Counted from the first letter of the stretch, positions 49,931-63,685 are shown. The stretch is 64,000 nt of DNA from Chiloscyllium plagiosum (GCF_004010195.1 NC_057718.1:6767240-6831239); one strand, 5' to 3'. Notes: a model not told the origin generated them from the sequence alone. Made by a program: numbers and translations.

Positions 49931-52176
49931 GTCCTAAAATGGCACACACTTATTTTAAAATTCTTTCAAATGTTTTTATACTGTGGCCCCCGGTCGTCTC
50001 CTCTGCCCTGAAGCTCTTCAGCCTTTCACTCTGCCTCCCCTCCCTTCCCCCCACCTCCTGTCCCACCCCCACTCTCCTATTTATCTCTCAGCCCGCTTGA
50101 GCGCCCCCCAACATTCCTGATGAAGGGCTTATGCCCGAAAAGTCGACTCTCCTGCTCCTCAGACACTGTCTGACCTGCTGTGCTTTTCCAGCGCCACATC
50201 TTTTGACTCACTCTCTTGAGCTGTGCCAGTTTTTGGGGTGAAGATACACTCTCACTCCTGTTCAGGATGCAGTTCAAAGATGTTAACCCAGCAACATTGA
50301 AGGGACAGTGATATATTTCTAAGTCTGGATGGTGAATGGCTTAGAGAGAATCTTGCAGACAGTGGTGTTCCCATGCGTCTGCTGCTCTAGTCCATCCAGA
50401 TGGTAGATGTCAATGGTTTGGAATATTCTGTTATAGGAATCTTGGTGAGTTGTTGCTGTGCTTAGTCATTGAGTCACAAGGCATGGTCTAACCATTCCAT
50501 GCCAAACATAATGCCAAACTAATCCCACCTGCCTGTCCCTGGCCCACCTAGTACATAGAACACTGTGCTCCTGTATCAGTGCTGGAGGGGGTGAATGTTG
50601 AACAGAGGTGGTGGATGGAGTGCTAATCAAGTGGGCTCCTTTGATCTGGATACTGTTGAGTTTCTTGATTGCAGTTGGAGCTGCCCTCCTCCAAGCGAGT
50701 GAAGATTATTTCTTCAGACACCTGACCTGTGACTTGTAAATGGTGGACTGGCGCTGGGGGGTCACGAGATGATTGCTTGCTACCGTATTCCTAGGCTCTG
50801 ACCTGCTCTTGTAGCCAGAGCATTTACATGGTTGGCCCATTTCAGTCCCTGGACAATGATAGCCCCTGGAGGTTGATGGTGGGGGATTGAATATTGGCAA
50901 TGCTATTGAATGACTCACATAAGCATCACAGATAGAGGTAGAAATTCTAATTATGTCCTTTGATTCATTTCAGTGAACGAAAAGGTTGCTCAAGTATCTG
51001 AGGTTATCAAACACAAATTTGTGAAGTTGTTTTGTGAGATAGGGTCCAAAAGCGTCTTTTACGTGATGTGACAATGGTTATGTTATCCCTCATAATGAAA
51101 GAAACTAAACCTGGACATTGTGATATTGAAGAATCTGACAGACATTAATGATTGTTGATTACCATGTCCAAGCATTCCATTTACAGGCACTTAAATGTCT
51201 GGGCTGATCTTAGTTTGTTAGATCCACCTATTGCATTCTCAGCTACCTTCCTCCCAGCCTCACCCCCTTCCACTTATCTGCCCATCCCCAAGGCTCCCAA
51301 CCTCATTCCTGATGAAGGGCTTTTCCTGGTCCTCGGATGCTGCCTGACCTGCTGTGGTTTTCCAGCACCACTCTAATCTAAACTCTAATTTCCAGCATCT
51401 GCAGTACCCACTTTCGCCTAGTTGATACAAACGAGAACAGCAGAGTGTCACACATGAACTGAGCTGCGGTAAGTAGCTGCCCTCAGGTCACATGCCATAT
51501 ACAGAAACGATATCAAGCGCTTGTTTCTCCAAGCTCTGCCAATATCCTGACCGTGTGAAATGGGCTTCACTTAGAAACCAGAGAATGCTTGTGTTGATGG
51601 CGAGTAAGTTTGTCAAAGAACCACAGTGAGCAATGGGCGGAAGGACAATGAGCCACTTGCTTTGCATTCCATATTTTTACATTAACTGAGTGACAGGAAG
51701 GCATCGTACTGTCATGATTCTTCAGCTGATCATCCAGAGAAATCATAAGTTCAAATCCCACTCTGGTAATTTCAGAATCTGAATTATGGTCCAAATGTGA
51801 CCCTCACATTGTGAGAAGATTGTAAAAATTGAACTGGTTCACTCCTGTTTTTTTGGGAAGGAAATTTGTCATCCTAAAGGTTTGCATGTGGAATGAACTT
51901 CCTGAGGAAGTGGTAGATGTGGGCACACTTAGAACACTTAAAAGACACTTGGATAAGTACATGAATAGGGAAGGTTTGGAGGGACATGAGCCAGGAGCAG
52001 TCGATTGGGACCAGTTCAGTTTGGGAAAGCTGGTAGGCATGAATGAGTCCGTGCTGTATGACTCCATAACTCTACAACACAGGCTCATATTTGATTGTAG
52101 GAGCATAGGAACAGGAATAAGCTCTTCATTCCCTCAAGACTGTCCACCATTCAATGAGATCATGGCTGATCTGTGA

Positions 52177-52355
52177 GGGGAAAGTGAGGACTGCAGATGC
52201 TGGAGATCAGAGCTGAAAATGTGTTGCTGGAAAAGCGCAGCAGGTCAGGCAGCATTCAAGAAGCAGGAGAATCGACGTTTCAGGCATGAGCCCTTCTTCC
52301 TGAAGAAGGGCTCATGCCCCAAACGTCGATTCTCCTGCTTCTTGGATGCTGCCTC
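52177..52355. mobile_element. Fold-back Penelope pLTR with 8-bp TSD
   Basis: Inversion centre CCCTTCTTCCTGAAGAAGGG at 52291-52310. ATCTGTGA flanks it at 52169-52176 and 52356-52363. Confidence 0.88.
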
Positions 52356-53119
52356 ATCTGTGACCTAACTCCATATACCTGCCTTTGGCCCAGATCCAAT
52401 AATATTTCAGTTTAATAAAAAAATTAACAACTGATCCAGCATCTACTGCCCTTTGTGGAAGAGATTTTAATCATCTCCCACCCTTTGTGTGTAGAAGTGT
52501 TTCCTAGCATCTCTCATGAATGGACTGACCCTAATTTTTAGACTATGTCCATTAGTTCTAGAGTTCAGGTATGCATCACATCTGGTCTCTAATATGTCCT
52601 GGCATGCTTCTTAGTTCCATTAAATCACTGCACGAAATGGTAACCATTTAAGGAGAAGATCCATCACCGACGGCAAGGGCAATAATTGCCAACATTGCCT
52701 GTGACCCTCATGTTCCAGTGGAGGTGATGCTGTGGAATCATGTAGTGTGGGAGAGCTGAAGAGGGACATGATGGATATAAATTGGAGATGATAGTTACAG
52801 GCGATGAATAGTGTGTGGGAACGTTCAGTCTCTGAGCTGACAATGCATCTGCAAAAACCTGTAAATTCCAACATCACTATAAACTGTGCATCTCTGATGA
52901 AAACTGATCCTGCTGGTTACATTCCTTCATGTGTTGAGAGTGAGGACAAGCCAAGTGAAAGAAGTTCAACAAGGGTTGAGCTGAAGCAGTTGCTCTGATG
53001 TTCAGTTAGTCAGCAGACCTCTCGCTAGAAGACAAATCTCCCATTTGTAGTGTATTGAGATTGAAACAGAATCATAGGCTTTCACTTATAAAGTGAAGTG
53101 TGTTGGCTGTTCTTAACAG

Positions 53120-53590
53120 AGTAAACAAACAGGAGGCTGGAAAAACAGGAGGCTGGATTCCTGATGAAGGGCTTTTGCCCGAAACGTCAATTTTCCTGCT
53201 CCTTAGATGCTGCCTGTCCTGCTGTGCTTTTCCAGCACCACTCTAATCTTGACTCTGATCTCCAGCAACTGCAGTACCCACTTTCGCCAGGCTAGAAGAA
53301 TATGGCAAGCCAGACAGCATCAGGAGTTGGAGAAAGTGAGGACTGCAGATGCTGGAGATCAGAGTTGAAAAGTGGAAAAGCACAGCCGGTCAGGCTGCAT
53401 CCAAGGAGCAGGAGAACTGATGTTTTGGGCTTAACCCATTCATTAGGAATGTGATCATCAACTCCTCTTGAATCCTAAAGAAGGGTTATACCTGAAGCAT
53501 TGACTTCTCCACCTCCTGGTGCTGCCTGACTGACTGTCTTCTTCCAGCCTCTTGCTAGTCTGCTTTGCATTCCAGCATCTACAGTTCCTT
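53120..53590. mobile_element. Nest of Penelope pLTR fragments, including an intact hammerhead at 53161-53188
   Basis: CTGATGAAGGGCTTTTGCCCGAAACGTC, with several pLTR pieces in both orientations. Confidence 0.8.
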
Positions 53591-53638
53591 ATATCTGTAA
53601 GCACGTTTTTAGCAGACTGGCTTTCACTGCAAATCTGG

Positions 53639-54100
53639 ATAGACAATAGACAATAGACAATAGACAATAGACAATAGACAATAGACAATAGACAATAGAC
53701 AATAGACAATAGACAATAGACAATAGACAATAGACAATAGACAATAGACAATAGACAATAGACAATAGACAATAGACAATAGACAATAGACAATAGACAA
53801 TAGACAATAGACAATAGACAATAGACAATAGACAATAGACAATAGACAATAGACAATAGACAATAGACAATAGACAATAGACAATAGACAATAGACAATA
53901 GACAATAGACAATAGACAATAGACAATAGACAATAGACAATAGACAATAGACAATAGACAATAGACAATAGACAATAGACAATAGACAATAGACAATAGA
54001 CAATAGACAATAGACAATAGACAATAGACAATAGACAATAGACAATAGACAATAGACAATAGACAATAGACAATAGACAATAGACAATAGACAATAGACA
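53639..54100. repeat. (ATAGACA)66 perfect heptanucleotide array
   Basis: 462 bp = 66 units with no interruption seen. It abuts ATAGGTGCAGGAGTA, the reverse complement of a CR1 3' end. Confidence 0.97.
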
Positions 54101-55939
54101 ATAGGTGCAGGAGTACCAGCATGCTGTTAGCCTTCTTCACTACCTGCTGTACCTGCATGCTTACCTTCATTGACTGGTGTACAAGAACACCCAGATCTCT
54201 CTGTACTGCCCCTTTACATAAATTGATTCCATTTACCCCAATTGATTGACCCCAATCAAGCACCATCAGGAACCCACTTTAAATACCTGGAAACATCTGT
54301 GCTTTGTGACTACCTCTCCTTACATTAATTATGTGTGCAAATTTTCATGTATGCTAGTCACATCTAAGTGGTGATTTGGCCCTGCCTGCGACTGCTCTTC
54401 CTCACATGAGACTTTGTGAAGTCAGGCTTGAGAAATCACCCAGCCCATGATCTGGAGCTGAATGAATCATCTCCAGCAGGAGGTGACTGAAGGACACTGG
54501 TCTGAGACATGGAAAAGCCATCATCCAATGATTTCCCACATTGAGAAATACACAAGATTTCTTGGCACTTGGCACTTCTCTTTGACCAGAAATAGCCTCT
54601 TACTCAACCCTTTAGAACTGAGATGAGGAGGAATTTCTTCAGCCTGAGGGTGGTGACTCTACGGAACTCATTGGCACTGTGGAGGCCTAGTCATTGAGTG
54701 TATTTAAGACATTGATCGATAAGTTCCTGATTAGTGAGGGAATTAAAGTCTACAGACAGAAGGCAGGAGAGTGGGGTTGAGAATCATATTGGTCATGATT
54801 GAATGGTGGAGCAGACCTGATGGGCAGAATGGCCTAATTCTGCTCCTATATCTGATGGTGGTATTATCTTTGGCGGAAGTCCAGGGTACAAGTATCACTA
54901 TAGGAATGACTTGGCTCCCCACTGTCCCATCCGCTCAGAACCACAGCTCAGGGTGGTATTGCGAGAATTGAGAATTGGAGGTGGTGGGTGTGGGGAGGAT
55001 GGGGTGAGGGAGAGATGGGGGAAGGATCATAGCCTTTGGAGGGAGAGATTGAGAGGGGTGGGGACTTGGAGATCAGGGTCAGGGAGAGAAATGATGATCA
55101 GGGATCAGGACAGGAATTCCACAGTCCGCATTTTGCATCCAGGAATGATCAGTTGTGCAGAGGTTGGTGTAAGTGTTTGACTTCTTTTAATGGAGCAGAC
55201 ATTCAGGGTTAGTTTGTCAGTGGACTTGTACTTCAGAACTTACTGCACCCCTAGTTAAGCCATTCCAGTCCAGTAAAACATTGACATTTACCCGCCAATA
55301 TAAGCAATTGCCCACAGGTGTCCTGTGCCCCATTAACAGTAACAGAATTGTACTCCATACAATCTTAATCACATGGCCTGGTATACCCCTCACTCAAAAA
55401 TTGCCTTGAAGCAGGGGATCAACCCTGGTTCAATGGAAAAATGCAGAACATCATGCCAGGAGCAGCATTAGGCATACCTGAAATCTATCTGGGGAAGCTA
55501 CAAAACAGGATGATTCACATGCTAGACAGTGGAAGCAACAATCGATAGACAGCGCTAAGTGATTCCAAAACGAACAGATCATCTTGGAGTTCTGCGGACC
55601 TGCCATATCTAGTCATACTTGAAATGTTAACTCTTTTTTTTCTCTCTACAGATGCTGAGTTACTCCAGTATTTTCTAAGTCCTGTGATAGCACCTTCCAA
55701 ACCCATCAGTCCGACCATCTCAGAGAACAAGAGAAGCAGATACATGGGAATGCCATCCCCTCCAGGTTCCCCTCCAAGACACTCACCATCCTAACTTGGA
55801 ACTATATTGCCATTCCTTCATTGTTACTGGAACTCCATCCATAAAAACATTGTTAGTGTCCTTGCACATATATTAAATACATGCACAATCAGTAATAGCT
55901 CTGAATCAGAACGTTAATGTAAGAAAGGAACTTGTTAAA

Positions 55940-57115
55940 TTTATGATCACAGCGAAAATATTACTGAGCAAACTGATAGAGTTGCAAGTAAATAAGTTCA
56001 CTGGTCCTGATGGACACCTTCAGAGGACCTTAAAAGAGATAGCTGTTGAGGTAGTAGGTTAATTGGTCTCAATTTTCCAAAATTCATTCAATAATGGAAA
56101 GGTTCCCACAGGTTGAAAAATAGCAAATATACTAAAGGAGGGATGGAGGCAGGATACAGGAATTACAAAATCTATAAGCTGAATATCTGTCAGGCAGAAG
56201 GTAGCAGATTCAATCTTTCAGGAGGTTTGGCTGGACACTTAGATAACTCAATGTAGTTGGGAAAAGTCAGGATGGTTTTGTGAAAGGGAAACCGTGTTTA
56301 ATCAATTGATTGGAATTATTTGAAGGAATAATAGCTGTTATGGATGAAGGGAACTCTATTGATGCACTGTACTTGCAATTTCAGAAAGCATTTGGCAAGG
56401 TTCCACAGAAAGGATTATTGTGAAAAATAGAAGCTCATGGTACAAGGGACAAAATATTAGGGTGGGGAGAAGATCGGCTGGCGAGCAGAAAACAGAGAGC
56501 ATTCTGAAGTGGGTTTTTTTTCAGACTGGCGGGATGTGATGAGCGTTTTCTCACAAGAGTCTATGCTTGAGCCTCAACTTTTACAATCTATAGCAATAAC
56601 TGAGATGAGGGGTTTGAAGATGGAGAGGAAACTACATTGTGAAGATGACAAGGCAACGATGCAGACCAATCTAGATGGTTTAAATGGATTGGGGAAAACT
56701 CTGACAGATGGAGTATAATGTGAAAAAAAACAGAATGTTGTTTAAATATGGAATGATCACAGGATTCTGAGGTTCAAAAGGATCTAATTATTCTAGTGTG
56801 TGAGTGGAGAATATAATTTAAACAAGTAATTAATGCCTTTTCTTTATTATGGCAGGAATTGAACAGAAAATAAAGGATGGTAATCTTTAGTTGGACATGG
56901 CAAGCGTGAGACCACCTGTCAAATACTGTGTGCAGTTCCAGACAAAGATGAGAGGATTTGCTTTTCTCTCTCAGAATGTTGTGCAACTTTGCCAGTGGAA
57001 CCATTAAATATTTTTATGGCAGAGGTAGATAAATTCTTGTTAGGCAAGATTATCAGCGATAGATGGGAATGTGGAATTCAGAACACAACTGTGATCAGAG
57101 CGAATGATTGAATGG
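55940..57115 (+). mobile_element. Old degenerate CR1 LINE
   Basis: GFVKGKPCLINXLELFE, QFQKAFGKVP and SQESMLEPQL readings. Confidence 0.8.
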
Positions 57116-57249
57116 CTCTAAACTCCAGCTGACTTCGTCTGATCAAGGAGTAGTGGTCTGAAAGCTTGTGATTTCAAATAAACCTATTGGCCTATAATCT
57201 TGTGACTCCTGACATAGTCCACCCTAGTCCAACACAAGCATCTCTACAG

Positions 57250-57555
57250 TACTGCCTCACTGCACCAGGGCCACAGATTCAATTCCAGCCTCGGGCAACT
57301 TGTCTGTGTAGAGTTTGCACATTCTCCCCGTGTCTGTGTGGGTTTCCTCTGGGTGCTCTGGTTTCCTCCCACAGTCCAAAGATGTGCAGGTCAAGGTGGA
57401 TTGGCTGTGCTTAGTTGCCAATAGCGTTCAGGGATGTATAGGTTAGGAGCATTAGTCAGGGGAATGGGTCTGGGTGAGTGACTCTTTGGAAGGTCAGTTT
57501 GGACTTGTTGAGCAAAATGGCCTGTTTCCACACTGTGGTGATTCCATGATTCTGT
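57250..57555 (+). mobile_element. HE1-type SINE, 5'-clipped
   Basis: V-domain and tail present. Confidence 0.85.
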
Positions 57556-58264
57556 ATAGATTTCAGCAAGTCCAGATGGCAACTCACCACCACCTTCTCA
57601 AGGACAATTAGAGATGGACAACGATATTACTTGCCAGCAATATCCACATCCCATGAAAGAATAAGAAGTGAACCCAGCTATGTAGGTGACACCCAGTGTA
57701 GAAACCTACTGAGATCCCACGACTGAAGGGTCAAGAATCAGTGGTGACTTTGAGAGCTGCTGACAAAGCAATGCCTCCCTGGTCCAGGAGGAGACAGCTT
57801 CTCAAGGAGCAGACAGTCTTTCTGGCAAAGTGCCACCTCCTCATACATTGGTCCTCAGAAACTTCCAAGAAAATAGACCGTAATCTTGGTAATGAGGAAG
57901 GCAAGTGGAATATTGGTCTTTATTTCAAAGGGGTGGAGTTTAAAAGAAGGGAGGTTTTGCTAAAACTATGTACAGCTCTAGTCAGATCATATACTGTGAT
58001 CAGATTTGGGCCCTTTATCTAATGGTGTTGGAACCAATCAAGAGAAGGTTCACTGGGCTGATACCAGACATGGAGGTTCTGCCTTATGAGGAGGGGTTCA
58101 CTAGATTGGGCCTATACTTGTTGGAATGTAGAAGAATGAGAGGCAACCGTATTGAAACATACAAGGTTCTTAGAGGACTTGACAGAGTAGATATGAAAAG
58201 GTTGTTTCCCCTTGAGGAAGAGTTTTGGACCAGACGGAATAACTTCAGAATAAGAAGTCACACA

Positions 58265-60800
58265 TTTAATTTGATTTAGTTTATTATTGTCATGCATACT
58301 GAGATATAGTGAAAAGTATTGTGTTGTGTGCTATCGGAGCAAACCATGCTTTATTTATCAGGATATTAAAACAGAATGCAGAATATCATGTTACAACTAC
58401 AGAGAAGGTGCAGAGAGGGACCAACTCTAATATATGAGAGGTCTGTTCCTAAGTCTGAAAACTGCTAGGAAGAAGCTGTTCTTCAATCTGTTGGCATGTG
58501 TTTTCAAACTTTTATATCTTCTGCCCAATGGAAGAGGGTGGAAGAGATTATAACTGGGGTGGGAGGGGTCTTTAATTATATTGGCTGCTTTCCCGAGGCA
58601 GTGAGAAGTGTAGATGGAGTCAGTGGTGGGGAGGCTGGTTTGTGTGATGGACTGGGCTGTGTTCACAACTCTCTGTAATATCTTGTGGTCTTGAGCACAG
58701 CAGTTGCTATATCGATCCGTGATGCACCCAGATAGGATACTTCCTATGGTGCATCGATAAAAATAGGCAAGAGTCATTGTGGAGATGTTGGATTTCCTTA
58801 GCCTTCTGCGAAAGTAAAGGCATTGATGTGGATTCTTGACAAAGGCATCAACGTAGATTGACCAGGACAGAATGTTGGAGCTATTAACTCCTAGGGACTC
58901 AATGCTGTCAACCACCCCCACCTCAACACCATTGATACAGACAAGGCCATGTCCCCCACCACGCTTCCTGAAGCTGATGACCAGCTCCTTTGTTTTGCTG
59001 ATGTTGGGGGAGAGATTGTTGCCTTTACACTGTACCAATAAGCACTCCATATCTTTCCTGTAGTATGTCCTGTTGTTTGAGATTTGACCCACTACAGTGA
59101 TATCATCAGCAATTTGTAAGTGGAGTTAGAGCTGAATTTGACCACACAGTTGTGAGTATATAAAGAGTACAGCAAGGGGCTGAATACACAGCTTTGTGGG
59201 GCATCGGTGTTGAAAAGTGTGGCGCTGGAAAAGCATAGCCGGTCAAGCAGCATCCAACGAGCAGGAGAGTCGACGTTTCAGGAATAAACTCTTCATCAGG
59301 AATAATGAAGGGTTTATGCCTGAAACGTTGATTGTCCTGCTCCTCAGATGCTGCCTGACCTGCTGTGCTTTTCCAGTGCCACACTTTTCGACTCTGATCT
59401 CCAGCATCTGCAGTCCTCACTTTCTCCTAGGGCACTGGTGTTGAGGTTATCGTGCGGTCTGTGGGTCAGGAAGTCGATGATCCAGTTGCAGAGGAGGGGG
59501 GCAGAGTCTTCGGTCTCAGTGTTTGGTTTGAGTTTGGTTGAGATTATGGTGTTGGGCAGAGCTAAAGTCAATAAATAGGAGTCTGCAGTAGGTTATCCAA
59601 ATGCTCCAGGGATGAATATTGGGCCTGGGAGATGGTGTCTGCCAGGGATCTGTAATTGTAGGTCAATTGTAGTGGGTCAAGGTAATCTCGGAGACTGGAG
59701 TTTGATGTGTGCCATTACTGACCTCTGAAAGCACTTCATAACAATGGATGTCAAAGTCACTGGGCGGTCGTCATTCAGGCACGCTGCCTGATTTTCCTTT
59801 GGCACCAGGATGATAGTGGTCATCTTGAGGGATATGGGAACCTCATATCAGGGTGAGGAGAGATTAAAGATATCTGCAAATCCTCTCACCAGCTGGTGCA
59901 TACAGGCTCTGAGTTCACAGTCAGGGACTCCAGCTGGGCCAGTCACTGTCCATGGGTTCACCCTTGAGAAGGCTGATCTGATGGCTGTGGTGGTGACGGT
60001 GGGTACGTGGGCTCCCGAGGGAAGGTGACATTACTTCACTGACCTTCTGTTCCAATGAGGACAGAATGCATCCAGCTCATCGGGGAGGGATGGATTGTTG
60101 CCAGCGATTCTAATTGACTGCGCTCTGTAGCTCGTTAAACCATGTAAGCCTTGCCACAGTCGATGGGTGTTTCTCTGGTTAGTCAAGGACTCTGGTTTAG
60201 TCTGGGATTGCATCTGAGCATGCCTGATGGCCTTGTGAAGGTCATACTTGGATTTTCCGTATAGGTTAGGGACACCCAACCTGAACACCTCAAACCTGAA
60301 CTTCAGTAGGGTGTGGATTTCCCAGATTTAGATTAGATTAGATGCCCTACAGTGTGTGGAAACAGGCCCTTCAGCCCAACCAGTACACACCGACCCTCCG
60401 AAGAGTAACCCACCCAGACCCATTTCCATCTGACTAATGCACCTAAAACAATGGGCAATTTGGCACGACCAATTCACCTGACCTGCTCATCTTTGGACTA
60501 TGGGAGAAACCCATGCAGACACGGAGAATGTGCAAACTCCACACAGATAGTCACCGGAGGCTGGAATTGAACCTGGGATCCTGGTGCTGTGAGGCAGCAG
60601 TGCTAACCACTGAGCCACTGTGCCACCCTTCATCCAGAGTTCATCCATGGTTTCCTGTTGGAGAATACTCAGATTGATTTCTTTGTTGCGCAGTCCTCTA
60701 CACACTGACTGATGAACTCTGTGACGGTAGTGGCATATTCATTTAGGTTGGTTGATGAGTTCTTGACTACGAACCAGTCCACCGACTCCAAGCAGTCATA
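58265..60800 (-). mobile_element. Rex1/Babar-type LINE ORF2 and 3' UTR, interrupted by a fold-back pLTR (59214-59429) and an HE1 (60325-60628)
   Basis: NNLSPNISKTKELVISFRK, FYRCTIGSILSGCIT, IIKDPSHPSYNLFHPLPLGRRY, RLWQGLHGLTSY and DCLESVDW readings. Confidence 0.88.
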
Positions 60801-60954
60801 TAAAAGCTTATCCATGTCTGACTTTCAGACAGAGATGAAGAGAAATTGCTTCTTTCAGGGGACAATGCATCTGTAGAATTCTTTACCACAGAGAGCTGTT
60901 AGGCTGGGTCGTAAAGGGTTATGAGGATAAGATACGAACATATACTTAAGGATA

Positions 60955-61260
60955 ATCATAGAATAGAATCCTTATAGTGTGGAAACAGACCATTCGGTCC
61001 ATGCTGACGCTCCAGAGAGCAGCCCGATCACCCTACCCTGTCTTTCCATGGCTAATGCACTTAACCTACACATCCCTGGGCACTATGGGCAATTTCCCAT
61101 GGCCAATCTACCTAACCTACATATCTTTGGACTGTGGGAGGAAACTGGAGCACCCACATAGACATGAAGAGAACATGCAGTCACACAGACAGTCACCTGA
61201 GGGTGGAATCGAACCTGGGTCTTTGGTGCTGTAAGGCAGCAGTGCTAAACACTGAGCCAT
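60955..61260 (-). mobile_element. HE1-type SINE
   Basis: Reverse-complement HE1 motifs inside a CR1 3' fragment. Confidence 0.85.
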
Positions 61261-61551
61261 CTGATTATAACCACTAGTGAGCTATGATCTTATTAAATGG
61301 CAGAGCAGACTCAATGTGTCGAGTGGTCTGCTTCAGCTACAACATTGTATGGTCTTATGGTGGATGACAATCAAGTACAATCAGCAGTTACAAACCTGAG
61401 CACTCACTCACTAACTCTCACTTGTTCACAGCAAAGCTGTTCATGTTTTAATGTTTCAGAGTTTGCTCTCTTCTCTTGGTAGCTGGGATGTTCTCAATGA
61501 ATGGGTCCATATAGAATAGTTAGTGATCCAGTGATAAGTGTTCCTAATGAC

Positions 61552-62363
61552 GAATACTGGGGTATACGACCAATATAATAATGATGGGGAGTTAATAAAT
61601 TGTGAACAGAACCATGAAGTGCAAAGGAAAGTGATATATATATAAGTTTGGGATCATGTTTGGCATGGACTGGTTAGAGCGATGGGTCTGTTTTCGTGTT
61701 GTATGACTCTATGTTCTTTTTGACTTCTAGATTTCACTCACTTAATCAAACCTGTTTTACATTATATCCTTATTAAATACTTCTCAGAAGTTATTTGCTT
61801 TCTAAAAAAAAAAATCAGTCCATGGAACTATCTCTCCCGCAGTCCTGAGGCAACTGTCCTATAGGATGTTCTGAAGAAGAGTCACTGGACCCAAAACGTT
61901 CGCTCTGCTTTCTCTCCACTGATGCTGCCAGACCTGCTGAGCTTTTCTAGCAATTTCTGATTTTGTCCAAGAAGTTATGCGAGGCTTGGGTTTTTTTTAA
62001 AGCAAGTAAAATTCTGAAAAGTATTTAGTAAAGATAGAATGTAAAAAAGGTTTGATTAAGTGAGTGAAATCAAGAAATCAAAAGGAACATAGAGTCATAG
62101 AGTCATAGAAACTGGGGTATAAAACCAATAAAATAATGATGGGGAGTTAATAAATTGCAAATAGCACCACAGTACAAAGGAAAGTGAGATATATATGAGT
62201 TTGGGATTATGTTTGGCATGGAAACAGGCCCTTTGTTCCAACCAGTCCATGCCAAACATAATCCCAAACTCATCATATATCTCGCTTTTCTTTGCATTAA
62301 TGGTTCTATTTGCAGTGTATTAACTCCCCATCTTTATTGTATTGGCCTTAGACCCCATCATTC
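61552..62363. repeat. Complex imperfect inverted repeat with an extra internal copy
   Basis: Arm 61552-61815 pairs with 61990-62100 plus 62221-62363. The segment 62111-62220 is a direct copy of 61556-61668. Confidence 0.9.
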
Positions 62364-62499
62364 ACAACTATGTCCACTGCTGCCTGGACACTAAGCTTGG
62401 GTACTCTCATTTCCACACCTCTCCATCTCTCTATCTCTCCGTCCACATGAACACACTCCTTAAAACTTACCACTTTGATGAAAGCTTTGGTCACCTAAT

Positions 62500-63685
62500 C
62501 TAATGATGACACAAAAAGTGGGGGTAATATTGAGGATGGTGTCAGGCTACAGTCTGAGATTGATCAGCTGGTAATTTGGGCAGAGCAATGGCAGTTGGAC
62601 TTTCCCCTGATAAATGCAAGGTGATGCATTTTGGGAGGTCTAATAAGGAAAGGATATACAAAATGAATGATAGATCCCTAGGGAGTATTGAGGAACAAAG
62701 GGACCTTGGTGTACAAATCCATAGATCCCTGAAGGTGTCAACACAAGTAGTCAGGGTAGGAAAGGAGGCATATGGGATGCTTCCCTTCATTAGCCAGGTA
62801 TACATTATCAGAGCAAGGAAATCTTGTTACAAATTTATAGAACATTAGCTTGGTCACAGATGGAATCCCGTATACAGTTCTGATCACCGCACTACATCAT
62901 AGCACTGTAGAGGGTGCAGAGGAGATTCACCAGGATATTGCCTGGGCTGAAAAGTCTCAGTTATGAAGAGAGGCTGGATAGGCTGGGTTTGTTTTCCCTG
63001 GAGCAGAGGAGCCTGAGGGTGGGTCTGATCAAGGTGTACAAAATTATGACAGGATAGGCAAGCATGTCTAAGACCAGAGAGTAGGAGTTGAAGTTGAGGA
63101 GTAAGTGTTTTAGAGAGGACCTGAGAAGGATTTTTTTTTTCCTCAGAGGGTGGTAAAGATATGGAAGGTGCTGCCTGAGAGGGTGGTGGAGGCAGGTATT
63201 TCTCAGCATTGAAGAAGCATCGGGATGAACACTTAAATGCCAGACCACGGTAGGCTATGGACCAAATGCAGGTTAACAGGATTAGTGGAGAATAAATGCT
63301 TATTGTTGAAAGGTGTGGTGCTCGAAAAACACAGCCAGTCAGGCAGCATCCAAGGAGCAGGAGAGTCGACATTTCAGACATAAGCCCTTCATCAGGAATG
63401 AGGCTTGTGGGCCAAGGCGGCTGAGAGATAAATGGGAGGGGGCTCCGACTGGAGGAAAAGTAGCGGAGAATGTGATAGTTAGATGAAGATGGGGTTGGGG
63501 GGGGGGGAGGGAGGTGGTGATAGGTCAGAGAGGAATGTGCAGCAGATGGACAGATAAGACCATTCAAGACGGCTCCCAGGTCATCTCCTTAGCCCTGAAA
63601 CTCTTCAGCAAAGCCTTGATGTTTGTTGGTCAGCATAGACATGGTGGGCTGAAAGGCCTGCTTCCACGCTGAATGAGTCTCCATG
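62500..63685 (+). mobile_element. CR1 RT-to-3' fragment with a Penelope pLTR insert (about 63305-63572)
   Basis: DKCKVMHFGRSN..QRDLGVQIHRSLKV. The pLTR carries a minus-strand hammerhead motif at 63368-63395. Confidence 0.88.

Noticed and set aside
53458..54266. Three long minus ORFs of repeated SIVYCLL
   Set aside because: They are translations of the (ATAGACA)n array fused to a CR1 fragment, not a gene.
62884..63567. 227-aa minus ORF
   Set aside because: It runs across a pLTR and antisense CR1, so it is a chance fusion of repeats.
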